Assembly: GCA_963668315.1 (NCBI GenBank)
Contig: OY764216.1
Location: 640,001 to 704,000 of the forward strand
Direction of reading: 5' to 3'
Source: Spirochaetia bacterium
GTDB lineage: Bacteria; Spirochaetota; Spirochaetia; DSM-2461
Length of the DNA stretch: 64,000 nt
A model generated the notes under the pieces. It was given only the letters and a program-made list of their open reading frames with translations. It made no database searches and was not told the origin of the DNA. The position numbers were made by a program, and so were the translations under genes. Of this stretch, positions 1 through 7,556 are shown piece after piece; the stretch's first letter is position 1, and the number at the start of each line of letters is the position of its first letter.

Positions 1-28
1 GAATTAACACATGGCGGCCCGCCGGCGA

Positions 29-1195
29 TTAATAAGCCAGCTCCAGAAGGGACAGCAGTTCACTTTCACTCCTTACAGGCTTAAACCACATCGCGGAATT
101 GGACACAGGATAAAACTCATGGGCCATCCCGGCCAGAGCCTCCCGGGGAATCTCCCCCTTCAGCTCGGAAATTCTGGCAGGCAGTTCCAACTCCCGAATA
201 AAGCTTTCGTAGGCTTCTATCGCCATCACCGCCACGGTATAGTCGTCCCGGACCGACCGGATATCCCATACTTCCCTTCCCCACCGGGCGAAACGGTTCG
301 CCGTTTTATCTGACAAGGCGAACTTGAACCACGCAAGGGAAACAATGGCAATACCGGCGCCGTGGGCGATATCGTAATGGGCGCTCAGAACATGCTCGAG
401 CGAGTGGATATTCCCCACAAAACTGCGCCCGCAATCGGACAGATGAGTAATGGACAGGGCCGAACTGGCCATAAGCTGCGCCCGGGAATCGTAATCGTCA
501 GGGCAGGTCATTACCTTTCTTCCGTGCTGCACGCAGGTTCGGTTCACACTCTCCGCCAGGCCATCCTGCAAAGAACCGACGCTATGGCTGAAATATCCCT
601 CAAAGGAGTGGCACATGATATCCACGATACCGCAGGAGGTTTGAAATTTCGGAAGAGAAAAGGTATAGGCCGGATCGATAATCGCCGCTTTCGGCCTCTG
701 TACGTCATGGCGGTAGTGAAGCTTCTTCTTCAGATCCATATTGCTGATAACCGAGACGTTGGAAACCTCGGAACCGCTGGCCGCCACGGTGGGAATGGAA
801 ATAATGGGAACAGCCCTTTCCGCCTCATCCTTTCCCTCATACAGCTCCCAGGCATCGCCGGCAAGATAAAACCCCATGGCAATCGCCTTGGCACAGTCGA
901 TAATACTGCCGCCCCCCGCCGCTACGATCGTATCCGCTCCGCTCTGACGAAGCAAATCCACCCCCCGGGTAACCGTCGTATGCCTCGGATTAGGCTCGAC
1001 ACCGGTAAACTCCGTAACCTCTATATTGTTAGCGCGGCACTGTTCCATAACGTCATCATAGACACCATTCATTTTCGCCGAACGGGCGCCATACATAAAA
1101 AAGATATGATTCCCCTCGATCTCAGAAGGCAGAACTTTTACCTTCCCCTTTCCAAAATGAATCTTCGTCGCTACATTGAAATAAAAATCTTCCAT
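29..1195 (-). CDS. Iron-containing alcohol dehydrogenase (butanol dehydrogenase BdhA/YqhD-like)
   Basis: 388 aa; GVEPNP, GGGSIIDCAK, IPTVAASGSE, and metal-binding D/H residues (DIMCH, HSLEH, HGAG). Confidence 0.9.
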   Translation of the reverse strand: MEDFYFNVATKIHFGKGKVKVLPSEIEGNHIFFMYGARSAKMNGVYDDVMEQCRANNIEVTEFTGVEPNPRHTTVTRGVDLLRQSGADTIVAAGGGSIIDCAKAIAMGFYLAGDAWELYEGKDEAERAVPIISIPTVAASGSEVSNVSVISNMDLKKKLHYRHDVQRPKAAIIDPAYTFSLPKFQTSCGIVDIMCHSFEGYFSHSVGSLQDGLAESVNRTCVQHGRKVMTCPDDYDSRAQLMASSALSITHLSDCGRSFVGNIHSLEHVLSAHYDIAHGAGIAIVSLAWFKFALSDKTANRFARWGREVWDIRSVRDDYTVAVMAIEAYESFIRELELPARISELKGEIPREALAGMAHEFYPVSNSAMWFKPVRSESELLSLLELAY

Positions 1196-1330
1196 ATATT
1201 ACCGGATACCACGCCAGGATACCTGTCTCCTTTCCAAATTAGGTCAAAACATAATCTAGCATAATTTCAAAAGCCCGATAAATATAATTTTTTGATAGGG
1301 TCAATCCCCTCTCTCTATGACAAACACCCA

Positions 1331-1616
1331 ACAACCACGAAGAACCCCAAACCTCAGCTCCCCCCGCTTACTCCGCGAAAGCTCCTAAACGCCAAGCAAA
1401 ACAGCCCCAACCCTTCGCGCCCTTCGCGATTTTCGTGGTAAACTTCTCATATCCTATCCACAACCCCTCACAACCACGAAGCACGCGAAGCACGCGAAAC
1501 CCGCTAATAATAAACTCCAGCCGCTCTCGGCTCAGAAGTACCCCAAACCTCAGCTCCCTCCGCTTACTCTGCGAGAGCTCTTCCCTCTTAGCGCCCTTCG
1601 CGATTTTCGTGGTAAA
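1331..1616. repeat. REP/BIME-like mosaic of direct and inverted repeats
   Basis: ACCCCAAACCTCAGCTCCCYCCGCTTACTCYGCGARAGCTC at 1344-1384 and 1540-1580; GCGCCCTTCGCGATTTTCGTGGTAAA at 1417-1442 and 1591-1616; inverted partner CAACCACGAAGCACGCGAAGCACGCGAA at 1471-1498. Confidence 0.8.
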
Positions 1617-1646
1617 ATTCTTTTCTTTACGCTTCCCGGGCTCGCC

Positions 1647-2204
1647 CTACCCTTTAATCAGCTGCAGAAACTCCTCCCGGGTCGCCCGGTTCTTCTGAAA
1701 AGCCCCCAGCATGCTCGACGTCGTCATCAGGGAGTTCTGCTTCTCCACCCCCCGCATCATCATGCACATATGCTTGCACTCCATAACCACGCCGACCCCC
1801 ACCGGGTCCACCGTATCCATCACCGCCCGGGCGATCTGCGCCGTCAGCCGCTCCTGAATCTGCAGCCTCCGCGCATACATATCGGCGATCCGGGCCATCT
1901 TGCTCACCCCGATCACCTTGTCCCGCGAGATATACCCCACGTGGCACTTCCCGTAAAAGGGCAGCATATGGTGCTCGCACAAACTGTACACTTCGATGTC
2001 TTTCACGATGACCATATTGTTCGCCTCAGACGTAAATACCGCCCCGTTAACAACTTCCTCCAGAGACTCCCCGTACCCTTTGGTCAGAAAATCCCAGGAT
2101 TTTGCCGTCCTCTCCGGCGTGTTCAGAAGCCCCTCCCGCTCCGGGTTCTCACCCAGCTCGATCAGCAATTCTCTCATCAGCGCTTCTACTCTGTCACGAT
2201 TCAT
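1647..2204 (-). CDS. folE: GTP cyclohydrolase I
   Basis: [39 protein letters not shown] motifs; GGAGG RBS 6 nt before the ATG at 2204, so the ORF-track extension to 2534 is probably not translated. Confidence 0.95.
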   Translation of the reverse strand: MNRDRVEALMRELLIELGENPEREGLLNTPERTAKSWDFLTKGYGESLEEVVNGAVFTSEANNMVIVKDIEVYSLCEHHMLPFYGKCHVGYISRDKVIGVSKMARIADMYARRLQIQERLTAQIARAVMDTVDPVGVGVVMECKHMCMMMRGVEKQNSLMTTSSMLGAFQKNRATREEFLQLIKG

Positions 2205-2248
2205 GGTCATCCTCCGAAAACCACAATATAGCGTTTTTATCCCGATTT

Positions 2249-2386
2249 GGGCACCCCCCGCCTCCTGCCTGGTCGGCAGAAAACGGGGCCGGGCTGTCCG
2301 CTCGAAGGGCTTCTCCCCGGCTCTCCTCAGGCGCCGCTCCGCTCTGCCTGCCGCCGGGCGCCCTAACCGCTTCCATCCCTGGCGCA
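2249..2386 (+). ncRNA. Structured RNA element resembling the Flavo-1 motif, copy 1
   Basis: GGGCA-hairpin-CCGGGCTGTCCGCT...GGGC//GCCC-TAACCGCTTCCATCCCTGGCGCA; same architecture as 50795-50940. Confidence 0.6.
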
Positions 2387-2388
2387 TT

Positions 2389-2424
2389 TGGGATTTTCCC
2401 CATTTCCCGATAGGATTTCCCCCA
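2389..2424 (+). promoter_or_regulatory. Tandem candidate enhancer (bEBP-binding) sites upstream of pspA
   Basis: TGGGATTTTCCCCA (2389-2402) and TAGGATTTCCCCCA (2411-2424), 22-bp period, about 65-100 bp upstream of the -24 element. Confidence 0.45.
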
Positions 2425-2487
2425 AATACTTCATGAAAACCCGTAAAAATCCATCCCGATGGTCCCTTCTTCCCCCTTTTTCCCGCT

Positions 2488-2503
2488 TGGCACACCCCTT
2501 GCA
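2488..2503 (+). promoter_or_regulatory. Sigma54 (-24/-12) promoter of pspA
   Basis: TGGCACACCCCTTGCA gives exact GG-N10-GC spacing and matches consensus TGGCAC-N5-TTGC. Confidence 0.85.
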
Positions 2504-2579
2504 ATACAGTGAGTAAGTGCAGCACACCAATCAAGAGTCAAAGGGACCGGCCATACAGCCCGCTCCCAAGGAGGATGAC

Positions 2580-3263
2580 ATGGGAACGGTGAGACGTTTC
2601 AAAGACATAGTGAATTCCAATTTCAACGCCATGCTCGACAAGGCGGAAGATCCGGAAAAAATGGTAAAACTGATGATGCAGGAGATGGACGACAACCTGG
2701 TAATCCTTAAAAGATCTTGCTCGGACAAAGTCGCCCAGCGGGTCATGTTGACCAAAGAGATCGAAGTCCTGACCGAAAAGATCACTTCATGGCAGGACCG
2801 GGCCGCCCTGGCCGTCGCCAAGGGTAAGGATGAACTGGCAAAAGAAGCCATTCAGGCCAGACAGAGCTGTGAAAACGAGAAGGATTACCGGGAAAAGGAC
2901 CTCGAACATCTGGGCCGTCTTCTGGAAGAAACGAAAAACCAGATCGCCGCGGTAGAAGCCAAACTGGAAGAAGTTCAGCAGAAGTACCGCCTTCTCATAC
3001 AGCGCGGTGTCCATGCGGCGGAGAAAAAAAGGGTCGGTCAGGTGATGGACAGGGCTTCCGGCACCGATGTGCTGACCCGTTTCGACCAGTTGGAAAACCG
3101 TATAGAAAGAATGGAAGCCGAAGCCGAATTGAGCGGACGGGCCAAGGCCGGCTCCTTCGACAAGGATTTCGTGGATCTGGAAAGGGAAGCCAAAGTGGAA
3201 GAAGAACTGGCTGCCCTGAAGAAGACGGTAAAGCCCGAAAAGTCCCCTAAAGAGGAGTCCTGA
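2580..3263 (+). CDS. pspA: Phage shock protein A (PspA/IM30 family)
   Basis: MGTVRRFKDIVNSNFNAMLDKAEDPEKM N-terminus, coiled coil, AAGGAGG RBS, sigma54 promoter. Confidence 0.92.
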   Translation: MGTVRRFKDIVNSNFNAMLDKAEDPEKMVKLMMQEMDDNLVILKRSCSDKVAQRVMLTKEIEVLTEKITSWQDRAALAVAKGKDELAKEAIQARQSCENEKDYREKDLEHLGRLLEETKNQIAAVEAKLEEVQQKYRLLIQRGVHAAEKKRVGQVMDRASGTDVLTRFDQLENRIERMEAEAELSGRAKAGSFDKDFVDLEREAKVEEELAALKKTVKPEKSPKEES

Positions 3264-3293
3264 CAGGCTTAAGAAATCTCCCCGGTAATGTTT

Positions 3294-3336
3294 CGGGCCG
3301 GACCTGAGATTCACCCTCAGGCCCGGTCCGTTTTTT
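3294..3336 (+). terminator. Intrinsic terminator after pspA
   Basis: CGGGCCGGACCTGAG/CTCAGGCCCGGTCCG stem followed by T-tract. Confidence 0.75.
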
Positions 3337-4702
3337 ATAGGGGGGTAAACCGGATCTCCCGGCTGTTCCCCCCTTCCGAACTCTGTCTGTAATCGCCTTT
3401 AATCTGTTTGCACAGCAGGTTGACAATCATCATGCCAAAGCCTTTCTGATCCTGTCCGTCACCCCTGTTCTCCATGGGATGCCCGTCATCCTTCAGCATA
3501 AGAATGACCTGATTTCCCTCTTTCCTGCCGGTAAAGACAACCTCTCCCCGGGCATCTCCGGGATAACCGTATTTAAAGATATTCGTAAATAACTCTTCCA
3601 CGATGACGCCGAGAGGAAAGAGGTACTTCTCTTCCAGAACAATACTTTCCATATTCAGCGAAATAGACAGCTTCCCCATCTCCGGATATATATCCAGAAG
3701 GGAATTGATGATTCCGGAGAAATAGGTTTCCACGGATATCCCTTCGTATCCGCTGGTTTCCAGAAGCTTATTATACAAAAGCCCGATACATCTCACCCGG
3801 CTTACCGCCTCGTTGAGAACGCTCTGAACCTCGCCCTTGCCGCTTATCCTGGCCTGGAGAGAGAGAAGATTCGCCACGGTAGCCAGATTGTTTTTTATCC
3901 TGTGGTGCATCGCCTTGACCACAAGCTCATCCTTTTCCAGCTGTTCCCGCAGCAGCTTTTCCGCGACCTTCCTCTCATGGATATCCCGGGCGATACTCAA
4001 AACAGCCAGTTCCCCGTGATACCGGATAATACTGGAGGAGATCTCCACGGGAATCTCGGTCCCGTCTCTGGCGACATGAATTGTTTCAAAGACCTGGATT
4101 TTATCCTCTTTCAGGCTGACAATGATCCGGGTGATATCTCCCCGAGTCAGCTTCCCGTCAATGCCAAAGAGTCCTTTGGCAAACAGTTCGCTGCGGCTGT
4201 AACCCAGCATTTTCTCGGCGATTTTATTGACGTCAATAATATGGCCCTGGAAGTCTATCACCCAGACGGATTCATTCATTCCGTCCAGCAGCTCCTTATA
4301 GGTTTCTTCGGCCAGCCGGGAGGACACTTCATCGGAAATCCCTTCCCCGCGCCGAGAGTCCAGATCCTTTAATGTCCTCTTGACCGTATTCAGAATAACC
4401 CAGTCACTGGAAGATTCATCAAGAACTCCACAGATATATTCTCCCGACGGCTCCTCTTCCGGAGGCGGATCGGGCAGTATGAAAAGAACCGGTATTTCAT
4501 ATTGAAAGGGAATAAGGGTCCTTACCTCTTCCGTATACCGTGAGATAAGAAATGAAACAGAATCATCCCATCGGCAGCCGGAAAGAGGCTCATCCCGGAT
4601 TTTGCTTACATGAAAAGACTTGCCCGCGAGCAGCCGTTCATATCTATCAATTACGTCGGAACCGTCTTCATAAATCAGGATTTTTCTGCTGTTTTTTTTC
4701 AT
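3335..4702 (-). CDS. PAS-domain sensor histidine kinase (HisKA_2 type) with a degenerate N-terminal receiver-like region
   Basis: PAS (IIDVNKIAEKMLGYSRSEL...DGTEIPVEISS), H-box HHRIKNNL, ELFTNIFKY, DDG, GFGM; start uncertain. Confidence 0.85.
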   Translation of the reverse strand: MKKNSRKILIYEDGSDVIDRYERLLAGKSFHVSKIRDEPLSGCRWDDSVSFLISRYTEEVRTLIPFQYEIPVLFILPDPPPEEEPSGEYICGVLDESSSDWVILNTVKRTLKDLDSRRGEGISDEVSSRLAEETYKELLDGMNESVWVIDFQGHIIDVNKIAEKMLGYSRSELFAKGLFGIDGKLTRGDITRIIVSLKEDKIQVFETIHVARDGTEIPVEISSSIIRYHGELAVLSIARDIHERKVAEKLLREQLEKDELVVKAMHHRIKNNLATVANLLSLQARISGKGEVQSVLNEAVSRVRCIGLLYNKLLETSGYEGISVETYFSGIINSLLDIYPEMGKLSISLNMESIVLEEKYLFPLGVIVEELFTNIFKYGYPGDARGEVVFTGRKEGNQVILMLKDDGHPMENRGDGQDQKGFGMMIVNLLCKQIKGDYRQSSEGGNSREIRFTPL

Positions 4703-4859
4703 AAATGATTTTTCCCGTATAATTGTTATAGTATAGTGGCGAAACGGGGTAAATACAAATAATTCTCCCCTAACATTTTTGTAATATTCGGGTAAGAGAA
4801 AAGAAAGGTTCATCCCCTATATTGTTTACATAAGATGTATGAAAAATGGAGGTTACGTA

Positions 4860-6287
4860 ATGAAAAGGAATAAAATCACCAAAAAAGTAACAATCATTCT
4901 TATTGTTTTAATGATCTTTTCGGGACTATCTCCCCTCTGGAGCCAGACGGAAAGCTGGTACGATACAGCCCAGGCCCTTCAACAGGCCTTTAGACAGGTT
5001 TCTTCCGATGTCCTGCCCGTAGTGGTTGAGATAGACGTCACTCAATATGTGGAAAAACGCAACACCCAGTTTACCATGGAGCAGTTTTTCTTCGGAACCC
5101 CCTACGGGCAGACACCGGGGCAGGAACCGAATGTACAGAAGTACGAACAGCAGGCCCTCGGTTCCGGTGTTATCGTGGAACAGCGGGGAAAGAAAGTATA
5201 TATCCTCACGAATAACCATGTGGTGGGAAATGCCGACGAAATTAGCGTCTCCCTCTATGACGGCAGAGAGTTCGATGCGGAACTGGTGGGAACCGATCCC
5301 AATAAAGACCTGGCACTCATCTCCATAGAAACCACGGAAAGAATCCCCGTAGCCCGTCTGGGAGACTCCGACGCCCTTCAGGTGGGAGACTGGGTTCTGG
5401 CCGTGGGCAACCCCATGGGATTCGAATCCACCGTAACCCAGGGTATCATCAGCGCCAAAAGCCGTAAGGAAGGGCCTGACAACGCCGGGTTCACCGACTA
5501 TATCCAGACCGACGCCGCCATCAACCAGGGAAACTCGGGCGGAGCGCTTGTTAATCTTGAGGGAGAAGTGGTGGGAATCAACACCTGGATCGTATCCCAG
5601 TCGGGAGGAAGCATCGGCCTGGGATTCGCCATCCCCATCAATAACGCGAAGAAGGCCATCGATGACTTCATCACCAAGGGTAACGTAGAATACGGCTGGC
5701 TGGGCGTCCACATGGGAACCCTGACGGACAAACTGGCGGAAAGCATGAGTCTGGATGACAGAAAGGGAGCCTTTGTCTTCAATATCTACCAGGATTCACC
5801 CGCCATGGACGGAGGACTCCAGCCCGGAGACCTGATCATATCGGTGGACAACAGGACTATCGAGACCAGCAACGATCTCATCAACACCATCGCCAATGAC
5901 AGTCCCGGGGAACGGGTAAGCGTAACCTACGTACGTGACAACAGGGAATACAATACCGAAATTACCCTGGGCCTTCGCAAGGATCTGACAGCCGAAGGAA
6001 ATAAAGTTACCCTTTGGCCCGGATTCAACGTGGCGGAACTGACCCCGGAAATGCGCGAGCAGATGGGGCTCAGCCGGAATGCGGGCAACCTGATCATCGC
6101 CAATGTAACGGAAGACAGCAAGGCGGCCGCCCTGGGGCTTCAGAACGGCGATGTCATCAAAAGCATCAACCGCAAAAACCTTAAGGATATCGAGGATTTT
6201 TACGAAGCGGTGAACCAGGATGACGAACTGGACATCACGGTAAACCGAAGGGGTTACGAGTTCGATTATACTCTCTCCTTGAATTAA
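4860..6287 (+). CDS. degP: Do/DegQ family periplasmic serine endoprotease with two PDZ domains
   Basis: Signal peptide, LGSGVI, TNNHVV, DLAL, IQTDAAINQGNSGGAL; GGAGG RBS. Confidence 0.93.
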   Translation: MKRNKITKKVTIILIVLMIFSGLSPLWSQTESWYDTAQALQQAFRQVSSDVLPVVVEIDVTQYVEKRNTQFTMEQFFFGTPYGQTPGQEPNVQKYEQQALGSGVIVEQRGKKVYILTNNHVVGNADEISVSLYDGREFDAELVGTDPNKDLALISIETTERIPVARLGDSDALQVGDWVLAVGNPMGFESTVTQGIISAKSRKEGPDNAGFTDYIQTDAAINQGNSGGALVNLEGEVVGINTWIVSQSGGSIGLGFAIPINNAKKAIDDFITKGNVEYGWLGVHMGTLTDKLAESMSLDDRKGAFVFNIYQDSPAMDGGLQPGDLIISVDNRTIETSNDLINTIANDSPGERVSVTYVRDNREYNTEITLGLRKDLTAEGNKVTLWPGFNVAELTPEMREQMGLSRNAGNLIIANVTEDSKAAALGLQNGDVIKSINRKNLKDIEDFYEAVNQDDELDITVNRRGYEFDYTLSLN

Positions 6288-6308
6288 AACCCCTTTTTAA
6301 CATAGAGC

Positions 6309-6343
6309 AGAGGCTGCCTTTTCATCGGGCAGCCTCTTTTTTT
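6309..6343 (+). terminator. Intrinsic terminator after degP
   Basis: AGAGGCTGCC/GGCAGCCTCT stem plus T7. Confidence 0.85.
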
Positions 6344-6351
6344 AGAAAAAG

Positions 6352-6400
6352 GTCCAGAAATGCATTCCTGAACGTTTTTCTCCCTTATCTCCGATATGAT
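6352..6400 (+). promoter_or_regulatory. Near-palindromic operator plus -10 box upstream of the FN3 lipoprotein gene
   Basis: GTCCAGAAATGCATTCCTGAAC (20/22 match to 22431-22452), then TATGAT 21 nt downstream. Confidence 0.65.
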
Positions 6401-6433
6401 GGGTAGCGTTCTCATACATAAAGGAGCTCATAA

Positions 6434-7537
6434 ATGAAAAGAAACAGGTTATTACCCATGGCGACGGTTTTCTGCACCGTCCTCTTTTTCTCCGGCTGCG
6501 ATCTCACGGGATCCGATACATCCGAATCAACTCCCGTGACGGTTCCGGACGGAACCATTCTGATCACCGATTTGAAAACCACGTCCATGACCCTTTTCTG
6601 GACGGCGGCCGGCGGTTCAGGTACCCTTAAATACAGGGCATACTATTCCGAATCGGACAATATAGGGACTGTTGAAGAGATGAAAATGAACGGCATTGCC
6701 GTAGACGACAACTGGACGACGGAGCCCTCGGCGGCAGTTACGGATCTGACGAAGGATAAAACCTACTACTTCAACGTCATGGTGACCAATGAGGCGGGGA
6801 GCACCGCGGCCTATACCGAACGAACCAAAGCCACCCCTTCGGTTAACGACACCATAGCCCCCCACAGGGAAGATATTTTTATTTCTGAGAACCCCGGAGG
6901 CTTATTCGTCCAAATAGAAAACTGTCGGGATAATGAAACGGCCGGTTACGATCTACAATTCCTCATCTATTACTCGGAAGCAGATAATATGAACACCCTG
7001 GAAGAGGCAAAGGCCAATGGGTCAGCCTGCGGAACCTGGACGACAGCAGTTTCATTGAAAGAAGATGGCGACGCCTCTCTGTCCGTTTCCAAACCGGATG
7101 CCGGTAAATACTATATAGCAGCCATCATACGGGATGAGGCGGGTAATGAAACGCTTGATAGCCTAAGCAAAGCCATTACCATTACGAATGACTCTCCCCT
7201 CACTGATAGAACCATAACCGCGTCCAAAGAGAATAACACCGTAACGTTAACCTGGATACCCGTACCTCCTCCGGCCACCGACTCAATCATGAATTATTTA
7301 ATATGCTACTCCGATACCGGGGAGAAGGTAGAATCTATTGAAAATGCATTAGTCGCGGAAGATGAAATTATTCAATTATCACAGCTCACCGGGAATGCAT
7401 CATCATACACCACTCCTGGTCTTACCGCTGGGGAAACCTATTATTTTAATGTTATAGTACAAATAAATTCAAAGGAGAATTCATCAATTTTTATGGATAT
7501 ATATTCTCCCGTTTCGGTCACTATCGATTCGGAATGA
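6434..7537 (+). CDS. Surface lipoprotein with three fibronectin type III-like repeats
   Basis: Lipobox FFSG-C; repeated YYSE.DN..T.EE...NG and YYFNV.V modules; AAGGAG RBS. Confidence 0.75.
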   Translation: MKRNRLLPMATVFCTVLFFSGCDLTGSDTSESTPVTVPDGTILITDLKTTSMTLFWTAAGGSGTLKYRAYYSESDNIGTVEEMKMNGIAVDDNWTTEPSAAVTDLTKDKTYYFNVMVTNEAGSTAAYTERTKATPSVNDTIAPHREDIFISENPGGLFVQIENCRDNETAGYDLQFLIYYSEADNMNTLEEAKANGSACGTWTTAVSLKEDGDASLSVSKPDAGKYYIAAIIRDEAGNETLDSLSKAITITNDSPLTDRTITASKENNTVTLTWIPVPPPATDSIMNYLICYSDTGEKVESIENALVAEDEIIQLSQLTGNASSYTTPGLTAGETYYFNVIVQINSKENSSIFMDIYSPVSVTIDSE

Positions 7538-7556
7538 AATCAATACGCCGGGAGCC

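Noticed and set aside
1331..1616. Repeats as a CRISPR array
   Set aside because: Only two units, mixed inverted and direct architecture, no regular unique spacers and no cas genes.
2205..2534. 110-aa N-terminal extension of FolE in the ORF track
   Set aside because: It reads through the structured RNA element and the pspA promoter; a good RBS supports the start at 2204.
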